Source: Pseudomonadota bacterium (GTDB lineage Bacteria > Pseudomonadota > Gammaproteobacteria > Halothiobacillales > Halothiobacillaceae). From it: 64,000 nucleotides of DNA. Of this stretch, positions 33,134 to 42,954 are shown in pieces. Numbering within the stretch: the first letter of the stretch is position 1; each line of letters starts with the position of its first letter. The notes beneath the pieces were generated by a model. That model was given only the letters and a program-made list of their open reading frames with translations, was not told the origin of the DNA and did not search any database. The stretch lies in contig JBNJFM010000001.1 of the NCBI GenBank assembly GCA_051746865.1, forward strand, positions 75,621-139,620. Direction: 5' to 3'. Position numbers and translations under genes: made by a program.

Positions 33134-34522
33134 TCAGCCCTCCGGGCTCCGGCCCGTGTGACCGCCGAAATATTGCCGAGTCATGCGAAGTACCAGCGGT
33201 GACAGCAGCAGGATCGCGATCAGGTTGGGGATCGCGAGCAGCCCGTTGGCAATGTCGCAAAGCGCCCAGATCAGCTCGAGGTTCATGATCGCCCCGAAGG
33301 GCAGCAGCAGGCTGAAAAGTCGCCGGTAATGCCGGATCGAACCACTGCCAAGAAGGTACTCGGTTCCCTTCTCCCCGTAATAGCTCCAGCCGATGACGCT
33401 GGAAATGGAAAAGAAGAGCAGTGTCACGGTCACCGCGAGCTTGCCTAGATCGGGCACGGCCGCGTTGAAGGCCATGGTGGTAAGCTCCGAGCCGCTCTTG
33501 CCCGTTTCCCAGACACCGGTCGTCAGGATGACCAGCGCGGTCAGCGTGCAGACGATCAGGGTGTCGAACAGCGGCGAGTTCATCGCCACCAGGCCCGCCT
33601 TGGCCGGATGATCCCCCCGGCTGGCGGCCAGAGCGATCGGCGTGGTTCCCAGTCCGGCCTCGTTACTGAATATGCCACGGGCTACGCCGAACTGGATCAC
33701 CGCCATCACGCTGGCCCCGGCGAATCCGCCCACGGCCGCCGTTCCGGTGAAGGCATCGTGCACGATGGTGAGCAGTGCCGCAGGAATGGCGGAAGCGTTT
33801 ATGCCGAGCACGATCAGCGCGCTGCCCACATAGATCAGGAACATCGCCGGCACCAGCCGGGCGACCACGTGGCCGATCCGCCGAATGCCGCCCACGATCA
33901 CCAGCCAGATCATCGCCGCATAAGCCACGCCGATCAGAAACTTCACTCCGAGGATGTACGTCGGATCGGGCGCGTATCCCGCCAGGTCCCGCAGGGAGAA
34001 TTCCAGTGTGTCGGCTACCGAATTGGCCTCGACCATGTTGCCGGTCCCCAGCGTGGCAACCACTAGGCATGCGGCGAAGAACTGCGCCATCGGTTTCCAG
34101 CGAGGCCCCAAGCCCTGCTCGATGTAGTACATGGGACCGCCGGCGTATTCCCCCGTCTCATTGCGAAACACGCGGTACTGCAGCGACAGCACCGTGGATG
34201 CGTAGACGGTGGCCATGCCGACTATGGCGGTGAGCCACATCCAGAGAATGGCCCCTGGCCCGCCCATCGCTATGGCAGTGGCGACCCCGGCGATATTGCC
34301 GTTGCCGATCGCCGCGGACAACGCCACGGTCAGCGAGCGGAAATAGCTGAGATCACCCTCGGTCTCTGCACCGCGCTGGCCGAGCAGCCGCAGCGACATC
34401 GAGAGTCTGAAGACCTGGATCAGCCGCAGCCGAATGGTGAAATAGACGCCGGTGCCAACCAGCAACACGATGGTGATCGGCCCCCAGACGAAGGCATTCA
34501 CGGCGTGTACGGCTTCCTGCAT
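33134..34522 (-). CDS. alanine/glycine:cation symporter (AGCS) family transporter, copy 2
   Basis: [41 protein letters not shown]. Paralog of 19769..21148. Confidence 0.9.
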   Translation of the reverse strand: MQEAVHAVNAFVWGPITIVLLVGTGVYFTIRLRLIQVFRLSMSLRLLGQRGAETEGDLSYFRSLTVALSAAIGNGNIAGVATAIAMGGPGAILWMWLTAIVGMATVYASTVLSLQYRVFRNETGEYAGGPMYYIEQGLGPRWKPMAQFFAACLVVATLGTGNMVEANSVADTLEFSLRDLAGYAPDPTYILGVKFLIGVAYAAMIWLVIVGGIRRIGHVVARLVPAMFLIYVGSALIVLGINASAIPAALLTIVHDAFTGTAAVGGFAGASVMAVIQFGVARGIFSNEAGLGTTPIALAASRGDHPAKAGLVAMNSPLFDTLIVCTLTALVILTTGVWETGKSGSELTTMAFNAAVPDLGKLAVTVTLLFFSISSVIGWSYYGEKGTEYLLGSGSIRHYRRLFSLLLPFGAIMNLELIWALCDIANGLLAIPNLIAILLLSPLVLRMTRQYFGGHTGRSPEG

Positions 34523-34665
34523 GGTTCTCGGTCCTTTCCTGGGCAGATGCTGGTGAAACTAACAACTCGAGACGGTATCCGGCGACGACCGCCCCGCCAC
34601 CCGGCAGGCCGCCACTCGTTGGTCTACCCTTTTTGCCGATTCCTTCAGTTCGGCAGAGGTTCGAC

Positions 34666-35265
34666 ATGAGCAAGATTCTCGTCCTTTACTACTCCATGTA
34701 CGGCCATATCGAGACCATGGCGAGTGCCGTCGCCGCCGGCGCCCGGGAAGTGGACGGCGCCGAGGTCACGGTCAAGCGTGTGCCGGAGCTGATGGACGAG
34801 GAAACGGCGAAAAAGGCCGGGGCCAAGCTCGAGCAGAGCGCCCCCGTCGCCAACCCGAAGGAACTGGCCGACTACGATGCCGTCATCCTCGGCACGCCCA
34901 CCCGCTTCGGCAACATGGCCGCGCAGATGCGCAACTTCCTCGACCAGACCGGTAGCCTCTGGGCCGAGGGCAAGCTGATCGGAAAGGTTGGCAGCGTATT
35001 CACCTCCACCGGCACCGGGGCGGGCAACGAGACCACCATCACGTCGACCTGGAATACCCTGGCACACCTGGGAATGGTGATCGTGGGGACGCCCTACGGC
35101 ATCCCCGAGATGTTCGACATCTCCGAGCCGCGCGGCGGCGGCCCCTACGGTGCCGGGACGTTGGCCGGTGGCGACGGCAGCCGCCAGCCCAGCCAAAGAG
35201 AGCTGACCATCGCCCGCTACCAGGGGCAGCACGTCGCCGGGATCACGATGAAACTGCACGGCTGA
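34666..35265 (+). CDS. wrbA: NAD(P)H:quinone oxidoreductase WrbA (flavodoxin-like)
   Basis: [19 protein letters not shown]...[21 protein letters not shown]...GAGTLAG. Confidence 0.9.
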   Translation: MSKILVLYYSMYGHIETMASAVAAGAREVDGAEVTVKRVPELMDEETAKKAGAKLEQSAPVANPKELADYDAVILGTPTRFGNMAAQMRNFLDQTGSLWAEGKLIGKVGSVFTSTGTGAGNETTITSTWNTLAHLGMVIVGTPYGIPEMFDISEPRGGGPYGAGTLAGGDGSRQPSQRELTIARYQGQHVAGITMKLHG

Positions 35266-35276
35266 CACGCGCGCCT

Positions 35277-35295
35277 CCCCGGGCATCTCCCGGGG
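35277..35295. terminator. GC hairpin between convergent wrbA and hydrolase copy 2
   Basis: CCCCGGG-catct-CCCGGGG. No T-run. Confidence 0.3.
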
Positions 35296-35348
35296 CCCCC
35301 TGTTCCCCGCCCGGCATTCCGCCTCCGGAGCAGGCAGCCGTGATGGCA

Positions 35349-37373
35349 TCACACCAGGTCGCGGGGGATCTCCACGTCCCAGTTGTCCGAGTGGACCCGC
35401 TTGTCCCCTTCCCAGGCGTCGAGTTCGGCATGGATGACGAAGTGGGTCTTCGTCGCGGTCAGCCGGGTACGGGTCACGGTCCGCACCGACCAGTCGCCGC
35501 GCCGGTAGCCCCGTTCCCACAGCGTCTCGCCCCTGGGAGAGAGGTAGTCGTAGCCGCGGTAGCTGTACCACTCCAGCGCCTTGCGCTGCATTTCGAGGTC
35601 CGCCGGGCCGATATCGATGGTCCCGTCGTCGTTGATCACCTCCAGCGTGGTCTCGTCGGTCTCGAGGTCGCGGGTGACCAGCCACTTGTGACGGCCTGAC
35701 TCGACCGTCTCGGTGGGCGTGGGCCGGGCTCCCTCGGCCGGCGGAAAGTCGATCCGGGCGTCTTCCTCGTCCCGACGCGGGCGCTCGGGCAGCAGAAGCC
35801 GGCTGCTGCCGGTGAAGATCGTCAGGCGGGCCGGCTCCGGCGCGGGCCAAGCCAGGGGCCAGTAGGAAGTCGAAATCGACAGCCGCAGCCGGTGCCCGGC
35901 AGGGAACACGTGGGCGATGTGATTGAGCCTGACCGTCACCCGGTAGCGCTCGCCGGGCACCACGGGCTCGGGTGTCTCCGAGCCGTGGCGGTGGGTGAGG
36001 TTGAGCAGGCCGTAGGTCACGCGCGTGGCCTTGTCATCCGGCGCGACGTCCGAGAGCCGCACGGCCACCATGGCGACGGGCCGGTCGGAGGAGACGGCCA
36101 GTTCGAGCGCCGGGGCCCCGAGGATCTCCATCGGCTGGTCGAGACGACGCGTGTCGAACACCAGGGCACCGCCGTCCTCCTCGCGCTGGTCGTGCGGCAG
36201 GTCCGGCGTGGCGGCATACGAGCACCACTTCCCGGCGAACATGCCCACCGACAGCGGTGACTGGATGGACATGATCTTCTCTTCCACCGGGCCCTCGTCC
36301 GGTTCGAGCGTGCCGGGCCAGCCCAGCACGAACGGCGCTTTCCGGATGCCGGGCGATGGCCAGCTTTCCTCGCCGACCCAGCGCCCCTCACGCCGCTGGT
36401 AGAAGGTCGTCGGCGGCGCCGATTCCTGCATCCAGACACGCAGCATCGGCTCGTCCATGATGTCGGTCTCGATGTCCTTGAGCCATTTATCCCACCAGCG
36501 CAGGCATTCCTGGAGAAAGCCGATCGCCGGGCCGGGCACACCCTGGTGTGGGTACTTGTGACTCCAGGGGCCCACAAGCCCCAGCCTTGGCACCCGCAGG
36601 TTCTCCATCAGCCGGAAGACCGAGTTGGTGTAGCCGTCGGTCCAGCCGGAGACGGCCATGACGGGACAACGGATCGCGTCCCAGTCCTCGCAGACCGAGC
36701 CGTGCTGCCAGTACTCGTCGCGCCGCTGGTGCGTCAGCCACTTCTCCAGCCACAGGCCGCTGCCGTGCAGGCGCTCGAACCACATCTCGCGCCAGCGGTC
36801 GCCGACGATCGCCGGGTCGGGCGGCAGCGAGTTGAAGGCGAACATGGTCGAGGCCCACGAGAGATTATCCCCCAGCAGGCAGCCGCCCATGTGGTGCACG
36901 TCGTCGGCATAGCGATCGTCGGTCGAGGCGACGGTCACCACCGCCTGGAGCTCCGGCGGGCGCATGGCGGCGATCTGCAGGCCGTTGAACCCACCCCAGG
37001 AGATGCCGATCATGCCGACGCGACCGCTGCACCAGGGCTGCGCGGCGAGCCAGCGGATGATCTCCACGCCATCGTCGAGCTCCTGCTGCAGGTACTCGTC
37101 CTCGAGCACCCCTTCCGAATCGCCGCTGCCGCGGAGGTCCACGCGGACACAGGCGTAGCCGTGCGCGGCGAAATACGGATGCATCACGTCGTCACGCATG
37201 CGGGTGTTGTCCCGCCGGCGGTAGGGGATGTACTCGAGGATCGCCGGCACGGGCGCATTCTCGGCATCCTCGGGCATCCAGATCCGGGCGGCCAGCCGGG
37301 TGCCGTCGCTCATCGGGATCCAGACGTGCTCGATCTCGCGGACTGGCTGCGGAAGAGGATCGATGATTCTCAC
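35349..37373 (-). CDS. CocE/NonD-family (peptidase S15-like) alpha/beta hydrolase, copy 2
   Basis: 674 aa. The GTG start overlaps the ATP-grasp stop (GTGA). GISWGG nucleophile elbow. Roughly two-thirds identical by eye to copy 1 along the whole length. Confidence 0.85.
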   Translation of the reverse strand: MRIIDPLPQPVREIEHVWIPMSDGTRLAARIWMPEDAENAPVPAILEYIPYRRRDNTRMRDDVMHPYFAAHGYACVRVDLRGSGDSEGVLEDEYLQQELDDGVEIIRWLAAQPWCSGRVGMIGISWGGFNGLQIAAMRPPELQAVVTVASTDDRYADDVHHMGGCLLGDNLSWASTMFAFNSLPPDPAIVGDRWREMWFERLHGSGLWLEKWLTHQRRDEYWQHGSVCEDWDAIRCPVMAVSGWTDGYTNSVFRLMENLRVPRLGLVGPWSHKYPHQGVPGPAIGFLQECLRWWDKWLKDIETDIMDEPMLRVWMQESAPPTTFYQRREGRWVGEESWPSPGIRKAPFVLGWPGTLEPDEGPVEEKIMSIQSPLSVGMFAGKWCSYAATPDLPHDQREEDGGALVFDTRRLDQPMEILGAPALELAVSSDRPVAMVAVRLSDVAPDDKATRVTYGLLNLTHRHGSETPEPVVPGERYRVTVRLNHIAHVFPAGHRLRLSISTSYWPLAWPAPEPARLTIFTGSSRLLLPERPRRDEEDARIDFPPAEGARPTPTETVESGRHKWLVTRDLETDETTLEVINDDGTIDIGPADLEMQRKALEWYSYRGYDYLSPRGETLWERGYRRGDWSVRTVTRTRLTATKTHFVIHAELDAWEGDKRVHSDNWDVEIPRDLV

Positions 37374-38683
37374 GGCGCCTCCTTCGGTGCCCTTGCTCCG
37401 ATATCGTGGAATTCCAGCGGCAATCGTTCCAGCAGTTCGTCGTAACGGGCCATCAGGTGCTCATGCGACGGCCCACCCATGAAGATTGCCGCCACCTCGT
37501 AGCTGTAGACCTCCTGGCCGGGCATCTCGGACAGCCGCATGCCCTCCTCGACCTCGATCTGGATGCGGGTGCCGGGAAACTCGTGCTCCAGCGAGCGGAT
37601 CTCGCCGTCGGTGGGCACCCGGGTGACGACCGCATCCTCGAAATGCCGGAGCATGAACTTGATTGCCACTTGGTGAGGCCCTTCCCGGCGGGGAAAGGAC
37701 GGCTTGCGCCCCAGGGCGAGATCGATGGCCACTTCGTGGTGGGAGGCGCCGGCCACGTCCATGAACAGCGGCGAGTGCGACTGCGAGATCCGGGTGTTGA
37801 CCTCCAGCAGCCAGATGCGGTCGTGCTCCTGGTCCCAGAAGTACTCGATATTGAACGGCGTGTCGTCGAGTTCCATGGCCGGCACGGCCCGCCGAGTGAT
37901 CTCGATCATCCGCTCCTGGATCGACTCGGGCAGTTGCGAGGGAAACTCGTAGCGGGCGAACGACGAACCGATGCCGCCTTCGCGTACCGAATCGACCACC
38001 CCGTAGACGACAGTCTCCCCGTGGCGCACATAGCCCTCGAGGGTGCACTGCCAGCCGCCGATGGGCTTTTCCAGCGTGCAGTGGAAGGCATCGACGTCGA
38101 TGGGGATGTCCGAGGGAAGCGTGGCCCGTGCCACGAACCGATCGAACGGTGAGCCGAACAGCGGCAGGCCCGCCCGCAGGCCGGCCAGCGCGGCGTCCAG
38201 ATCGTCCCGGTTCTCGACGTAGTAGACCATCTGCGAGGAAAAGCCGATGTTGGGCTTGATCCAGAAGGGATAGGTCAACTCGAGCCGAGAAGCGGCGTCC
38301 GGATCGAAAGGATCGAGGCTCTGGAACCCGGGGATGTTCTCCGGAATGGCCAGCCCCTGCCGCAATCGCGACCAGTACTTGTGCTCCGCGATCAGGATGC
38401 TCTCCAGACTGGGCCCGGGCAGGCCCAGCGCGTCTCGGAACACCACGCGCAGCGCCGGGGTGGGAAAGTCCCAGTGCCCGATCACCGCATCCGGCCGCAC
38501 CCCGGAATCCCGGATCTCGTCCATCCCCAGTTCGATCATCTCGTCGATGGGATAACTGTCCGGATGGACCACCATCTCGTAGGGAAGCAGCCCGTGGAAC
38601 ACGTAATACTCGGCATGCCGAATGCTCTCGATCTGTTCCCTGTGAAAATCATCCAGACCGATGACAAATACGTGTTTCGCCAT
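37370..38683 (-). CDS. ATP-grasp ligase, copy 2 (intact)
   Basis: 437 aa. RBS GAGGAGGG. Pre-ATP-grasp N-domain and an ATP-grasp core ending in PFNIEYFWD...WLLEVNTRISQSHS. Confidence 0.8.
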   Translation of the reverse strand: MAKHVFVIGLDDFHREQIESIRHAEYYVFHGLLPYEMVVHPDSYPIDEMIELGMDEIRDSGVRPDAVIGHWDFPTPALRVVFRDALGLPGPSLESILIAEHKYWSRLRQGLAIPENIPGFQSLDPFDPDAASRLELTYPFWIKPNIGFSSQMVYYVENRDDLDAALAGLRAGLPLFGSPFDRFVARATLPSDIPIDVDAFHCTLEKPIGGWQCTLEGYVRHGETVVYGVVDSVREGGIGSSFARYEFPSQLPESIQERMIEITRRAVPAMELDDTPFNIEYFWDQEHDRIWLLEVNTRISQSHSPLFMDVAGASHHEVAIDLALGRKPSFPRREGPHQVAIKFMLRHFEDAVVTRVPTDGEIRSLEHEFPGTRIQIEVEEGMRLSEMPGQEVYSYEVAAIFMGGPSHEHLMARYDELLERLPLEFHDIGARAPKEAP

Positions 38684-38867
38684 GTCGAACCCTCCTCAGA
38701 GGGGGCAGGTTGCAATGGATGCCCCTGTATGAGGGTAGATGCTCGGCGACCGGTTTGAGACCCGGAATCAATCGGAACCGATCCGGGCTTGCCGCCCGAG
38801 GACCGCCGGCACTAGGATCAAAAGGGATGCCGGACCCGGCAAGCGGGCCAGAACGGGGGATACGACA

Positions 38868-39983
38868 GTGGACAAGGAAACGGATCTGACCCTGCTGCTC
38901 ATCGGCGACGTGATGACCGGACGGGGCGTCGACCAGGTCCAGCCGCAGCCCTCCGACCCGGCGCTATACGAATCATGGATACTCGACGCCCGGGGCTACG
39001 TGCGCCTGGCGGAACGGGCCAACGGTCCGGTTCCGCGGGACGTGCCGGCCGACTACATCTGGGGCGACGCCCTGACCGCCATCGCCGATTCCCGGCCGGA
39101 CCGGCGGATCCTCAACCTGGAGACGGCAGTCACCACCGCCGACACCCCCTGGCCGAACAAGGGCATCAATTACCGCATGCACCCGGCGAACCTGGCCTGC
39201 CTGAAGGCCCTCGCGCCGGATTGTTGCGTGCTGGCCAACAACCACGTACTCGACTGGGGACGGGAGGGACTGGACGAGACGCTCGACACGCTCGGGAACG
39301 CCGGCATCCCCACGGCCGGTGCCGGCCGGGACATCGACCGGGCATCGAGCCCGGCGACCCTGCCCCGCCCCGACGGCGGGCGGTTGCTCGTCTTCGCCGT
39401 GGGGCTGCCCGACAGCGGGATACCCGCCGACTGGGCCGCCGGACCGGGACTGGCCGGGGTGAACTGGTTGCCGGATTGCGGCCCGGACAGTGTCGCCCGC
39501 CTCGCGGAACACATCCACACGGTTCGCCGTCCCGGCGACCAGGTGCTGCTGTCGATTCACTGGGGCGGGAACTGGGGCTGGGAGATTCCCGAGGCGCATC
39601 GCACCTTCGCCCACGCCCTGATCGACCGGGGGGTGGTCGACCTGATCCACGGACACTCCTCGCATCACCCGAAAGCGATGGAAGTCCATCGCGGACGCCT
39701 GATCCTCTACGGTTGCGGGGACTTCATCAACGACTACGAGGGCATCGGCGGCCACGACCCCTTTCGGGGCGAGCTCTCGCTCGCCTGGTTGCCGACGCTG
39801 CGGGACGGCCGGCTCACCGCCCTGCGCATGCTGCCGTTTCGCATGCGCCGGTTCCGCCTGAATCACCCGTCGGAAGAGGAAATCGACTGGCTGAGCGACA
39901 CCCTGAACCGAGAAGCCGGTCGCTTCGGGGCCGCTGTGCGCCGGCACGATAGCGTGCTGGAACTCGACTGGGCCGGCGACTGA
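38868..39983 (+). CDS. CapA/PGA_cap-family (metallophosphatase-fold) protein, cytoplasmic
   Basis: LLLIGDVMTGRGVD, NLETAVT, LANNHVLDWG and AGAG motifs of the CapA family. The proposed GTG start at 38868 follows GGGGGA. The upstream part of ORF 38739.. looks non-coding. No signal peptide. Confidence 0.7.
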   Translation: MDKETDLTLLLIGDVMTGRGVDQVQPQPSDPALYESWILDARGYVRLAERANGPVPRDVPADYIWGDALTAIADSRPDRRILNLETAVTTADTPWPNKGINYRMHPANLACLKALAPDCCVLANNHVLDWGREGLDETLDTLGNAGIPTAGAGRDIDRASSPATLPRPDGGRLLVFAVGLPDSGIPADWAAGPGLAGVNWLPDCGPDSVARLAEHIHTVRRPGDQVLLSIHWGGNWGWEIPEAHRTFAHALIDRGVVDLIHGHSSHHPKAMEVHRGRLILYGCGDFINDYEGIGGHDPFRGELSLAWLPTLRDGRLTALRMLPFRMRRFRLNHPSEEEIDWLSDTLNREAGRFGAAVRRHDSVLELDWAGD

Positions 39984-40001
39984 TCGAAGCCCGGGCCTGG
40001 A

Positions 40002-40241
40002 TCAGCCTCCGGCGAGCCAATCCCTGACCTGCTGTGGCGTCGGCATCGAGCCGCTGTGAACCACCTCGCCGTCGATTGCCACCCCGGGGGTGGACATCAC
40101 CCCCATGGCGAGGATATCGGCGATGTCCTCCACCTTCTGCAGCTCGACCGCCACGCCCTGCTCCTCGGCGATTTCCGCGATCAGGTCATAGGTACGCTGG
40201 CAGTTGGCACAGCCACTGCCCAGGATCTGGATCGTCTTCAT
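40002..40241 (-). CDS. thioredoxin-fold protein (redox-active disulfide protein 2 type)
   Basis: 79 aa. MKTIQILGSGCANCQ CxxC motif, ...MSTPGVAIDGEVV. Confidence 0.75.
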   Translation of the reverse strand: MKTIQILGSGCANCQRTYDLIAEIAEEQGVAVELQKVEDIADILAMGVMSTPGVAIDGEVVHSGSMPTPQQVRDWLAGG

Positions 40242-40258
40242 CTCTTTTCTCCCTTCAG

Positions 40259-40579
40259 TCAGCAACAGCTTGACTTTTCGGATGTTTCTCCGCAGCAGCC
40301 TCCCTGCTCGCCACCGGAGCCACGCATCGCACGTGACATGCAGCTATCCAGCGGCTCGCCCTCGAGCACCGCGTCGATCATCCCCGACGCCCGTTCCCAT
40401 GATTCGCCGGCCACGGTCCGTGCGAGATCGACGGTCTCCCGGATCTGGTGATCGGGCACGCCGCGCTCGGCGAGCCGCCCGATCATTTCCGCGGTTCCGG
40501 ACGGGCAACGTGCCGCCACGGCGGCCGACAGGGCCGCGATATCGAGAATGACGGGATTGAGTCCCTTTTCTTCGCTCAT
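40259..40579 (-). CDS. small hypothetical protein with Cys-rich tail (..GGCCGETSEKSSCC)
   Basis: 106 aa and helical. The C-terminal CC...CC cluster suggests metal/metalloid binding. It sits between the permease and thioredoxin-like genes of the ArsR-linked operon. Confidence 0.5.
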   Translation of the reverse strand: MSEEKGLNPVILDIAALSAAVAARCPSGTAEMIGRLAERGVPDHQIRETVDLARTVAGESWERASGMIDAVLEGEPLDSCMSRAMRGSGGEQGGCCGETSEKSSCC

Positions 40580-40589
40580 CAGTTGCTCC

Positions 40590-41546
40590 TCAGGCAATCA
40601 GGTTGAATGTCCAGCCGACCAGGATGAAGGCCACGGCCAGAACGACGGCGAACAGCGCGAGCGCGGGCCAGCGGATCACCTTTCTCAGGATCAGCATCTC
40701 GGGCAGGGAAAGCGCGGCGACGCTCATCATGAACGCCAGCGTGGTGCCGACGGCCGCGCCCTTGCCCAGCATCGCCTCGGCGACCGGAATGATGCCGGTG
40801 GCATTGGCATACAGCGGGATACCCAGCAGCACCGCGCCCGGCACCGCCAGCCAACTGCCCTGCGTACCCAGATAGTCGGTGACCCAGTCCCCGGGAACGA
40901 AGCCGTGGAAGACCGCGCCAACGGCGATACCGATGACCACCCACTTCCAGATACGCCGCACGATCTCCTTGACCTCGGCGACGGCGAAACGATGTCGCCC
41001 CGACCAGCTCCGATCGGGCTCCTGCGGCTGGGTCTCGCCCATCTGGATCTTCCAGACGTAGTCCTCGACCCAGCGCTCGGCCCGGAGCCACTGCATGACC
41101 ACGCCGCCCACCCAGGCGACCGTCACGCCGGCGGCGACGTACAACAGGGCCAGTTCCCAGCCGAGAATCCCGATCAGCAACACCACCGCGATCTCGTTGA
41201 TCATGGGACTGGCGATCAGAAACGAGAAGGTCACGCCCAGCGGAATGCCCGCCTCGACGAATCCGATGAACAACGGCACCGAGGAGCAGGAACAGAACGG
41301 CGTCACCGCCCCAAGGGTGATCGCAAGTAGCCGTGCCAGCCAGCGGGGCTTGCCGCGCACATAGGCCCGCACCCGCTCGGGGCTCATCAGAGCGCGCAGC
41401 AGTCCCATCACGTAGATGACCACCACCAGCAGGAAGAAGATCTTCGTCGTGTCCATGACGAAGAAATGCAGCGCGTCGGCGAAGCGCTCGCCTTCGGTCA
41501 GGCCGGGGACGCCGTAGACAAGGGTGTCGGCCAGCCAGTCGAACAT
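40590..41546 (-). CDS. UPF0718/ArsP-like permease
   Basis: 318 aa, multi-TM, with the TPFCSCSSVP motif characteristic of this permease family. Confidence 0.8.
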   Translation of the reverse strand: MFDWLADTLVYGVPGLTEGERFADALHFFVMDTTKIFFLLVVVIYVMGLLRALMSPERVRAYVRGKPRWLARLLAITLGAVTPFCSCSSVPLFIGFVEAGIPLGVTFSFLIASPMINEIAVVLLIGILGWELALLYVAAGVTVAWVGGVVMQWLRAERWVEDYVWKIQMGETQPQEPDRSWSGRHRFAVAEVKEIVRRIWKWVVIGIAVGAVFHGFVPGDWVTDYLGTQGSWLAVPGAVLLGIPLYANATGIIPVAEAMLGKGAAVGTTLAFMMSVAALSLPEMLILRKVIRWPALALFAVVLAVAFILVGWTFNLIA

Positions 41547-41549
41547 GGC

Positions 41550-42488
41550 TTATTGCATCGCCGCCGCTTCGATCTGGGTAAACGCGCGGCTGATGTTGGT
41601 GCGGTGCCAGTTGTCGAAATGCTCGAGGTGTTCGAAGCGCGGCGCGTCGGACAGGCGGTCCACGGTGGACTGCAACCCCTCGAAGTTGTCGACCGCGGCA
41701 CCGATCTCGGTCACCAGGAAGTCGAGGTAGTCACCGGTCTCGGCGCGGGCCTGGGTCAGGTCGGTCACCTGCCCGTGGCCGGGCACCACGTGTTCGGGGT
41801 CGAGTTTTTCCATCGCGTGGAAGGCCTTCTGCCAGGAAAGCACGTCCGACCAGGGGTGGATGCCCAGCATCCGGTCGACGTAGACCATGTCGCCGGTGAA
41901 GACCGTCTCCTGTTCGGGCAGCCAGACCACGATGTCGCCGGGGAAGTGGGCATCGCCGAACCAGATGAGCTGGAATTCGGTCCCGCCGATTTCCAGGGTC
42001 TGGCGATCAGCATCGATCGGATCGGCCGCGCACGTCGGCTCCGTGCCCTCGAACCGCTCACCCAGCACCTCCTCCAGACGGCGGACGTGCTGGTCGGCGT
42101 ATTCCTTCTGCGTGGCGACCGTGCGAGCCAGGGCGACGATCTCCGCGCCCTGCTCGGCGAAATGACCGTTGCCCAGCCAGCGATGGTCCTGGCTGCCGGT
42201 GTTGATCACATGCGTGACCGGCTTGTCGGTGATCGTGTCGATGGCCGCGTCGATCTTCTCGGCACCCAGACGCGAGGCGCCCGAATCGATCAGCACCACG
42301 CCATCACGGGTGACCACGAAACCGAGGTTGTTGTTCAGCGCGTCGTTCTCCGCCGTCCGGCCCGTGATCGGCCCGACGATGGCGTAGACGTCATCGGCCA
42401 CCGGGGTGGCCTTCGGCTCGTAGGCCTGCACGAGCCCGGCGAGGCCGAGGCCCAGCAGGGCCACCAGGGAAACAAGGGGCTTTTTCAT
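41550..42488 (-). CDS. secreted MBL-fold metallo-hydrolase
   Basis: Signal peptide MKKPLVSLVALLGLGLAGLVQA. VINTGSQDHRWLGNGHF is a variant of the HxHxDH region, and GHG occurs later. Confidence 0.75.
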   Translation of the reverse strand: MKKPLVSLVALLGLGLAGLVQAYEPKATPVADDVYAIVGPITGRTAENDALNNNLGFVVTRDGVVLIDSGASRLGAEKIDAAIDTITDKPVTHVINTGSQDHRWLGNGHFAEQGAEIVALARTVATQKEYADQHVRRLEEVLGERFEGTEPTCAADPIDADRQTLEIGGTEFQLIWFGDAHFPGDIVVWLPEQETVFTGDMVYVDRMLGIHPWSDVLSWQKAFHAMEKLDPEHVVPGHGQVTDLTQARAETGDYLDFLVTEIGAAVDNFEGLQSTVDRLSDAPRFEHLEHFDNWHRTNISRAFTQIEAAAMQ

Positions 42489-42513
42489 GGTTGATTCTCC
42501 TTCCGGGAAAAGG

Positions 42514-42861
42514 TCAGGCCGAACAGGCCGCTCCGGGGCGTTCGGTCATGGAAACGAGCCGCTCGCGATCCTCGCGGAACGGTGACTGATCTCGGACACC
42601 GGCAAGCGTCTCTTCAAGAACCGCTCGCGCCCATTCGGGCAAATCCGGCGAGAGGCGGTAATGGACCCACTGGGCCCGTCGCTCCCCCACGATGACACCC
42701 GCCTGGCGCAGGTTGGCGAGATGACGGGAGACCCGTGGCTGATCCTCGTCGACCACGTGCTGCAACTCGCAGACGCACAAAGTGCCGTGATCGGCCATCA
42801 GCATGGCCAAACGCAGGCGTGTCGGGTGGGACAGGACCCGGTAGAAATCGATTGGCGACAT
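42514..42861 (-). CDS. arsR: ArsR/SmtB-family metalloregulator
   Basis: HPTRLRLAMLM...LCVCELQHVV...VSRHLANLRQAGVI. Winged HTH with a CVC metalloid-binding motif. Confidence 0.85.
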   Translation of the reverse strand: MSPIDFYRVLSHPTRLRLAMLMADHGTLCVCELQHVVDEDQPRVSRHLANLRQAGVIVGERRAQWVHYRLSPDLPEWARAVLEETLAGVRDQSPFREDRERLVSMTERPGAACSA

Positions 42862-42865
42862 GGTT

Positions 42866-42899
42866 TATTCCACCGCTGTCATATGTCTTTAATGGAATA
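42866..42899. promoter_or_regulatory. candidate ArsR operator in the arsR/arsC divergent spacer
   Basis: TATTCCA-N20-TGGAATA inverted repeat in an AT-rich 93-bp spacer, with an internal CATATG core. Confidence 0.35.
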
Positions 42900-42954
42900 T
42901 GCCATACAGTGCATGCAAACATCCACCCGGTCAACCCATTCGAAGGAATCCCCC

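Noticed and set aside
34523-34665. A glycine riboswitch upstream of the AGCS symporter genes (also checked at 21149..21280).
   Set aside because: CCCAGGAAAGGACCGAG superficially resembles the CAGGCAAAAGGAC end of the aptamer. However, the GGAGAG and ACCGAAGGGGCAA cores are absent in both leaders, and the match coincides with the ribosome-binding site.
38739-38867. An upstream extension of the CapA-family ORF from its first in-frame start codon at 38739.
   Set aside because: The first 43 codons (MLGDRFETRNQSEPIRACRPRTAGTRIKRDAGPGKRARTG..) look non-coding and would remove the divergent promoter space. GTG at 38868 follows a GGGGGA SD and lies just before the conserved LLLIGDVM N-terminal motif. 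The exact start remains uncertain.
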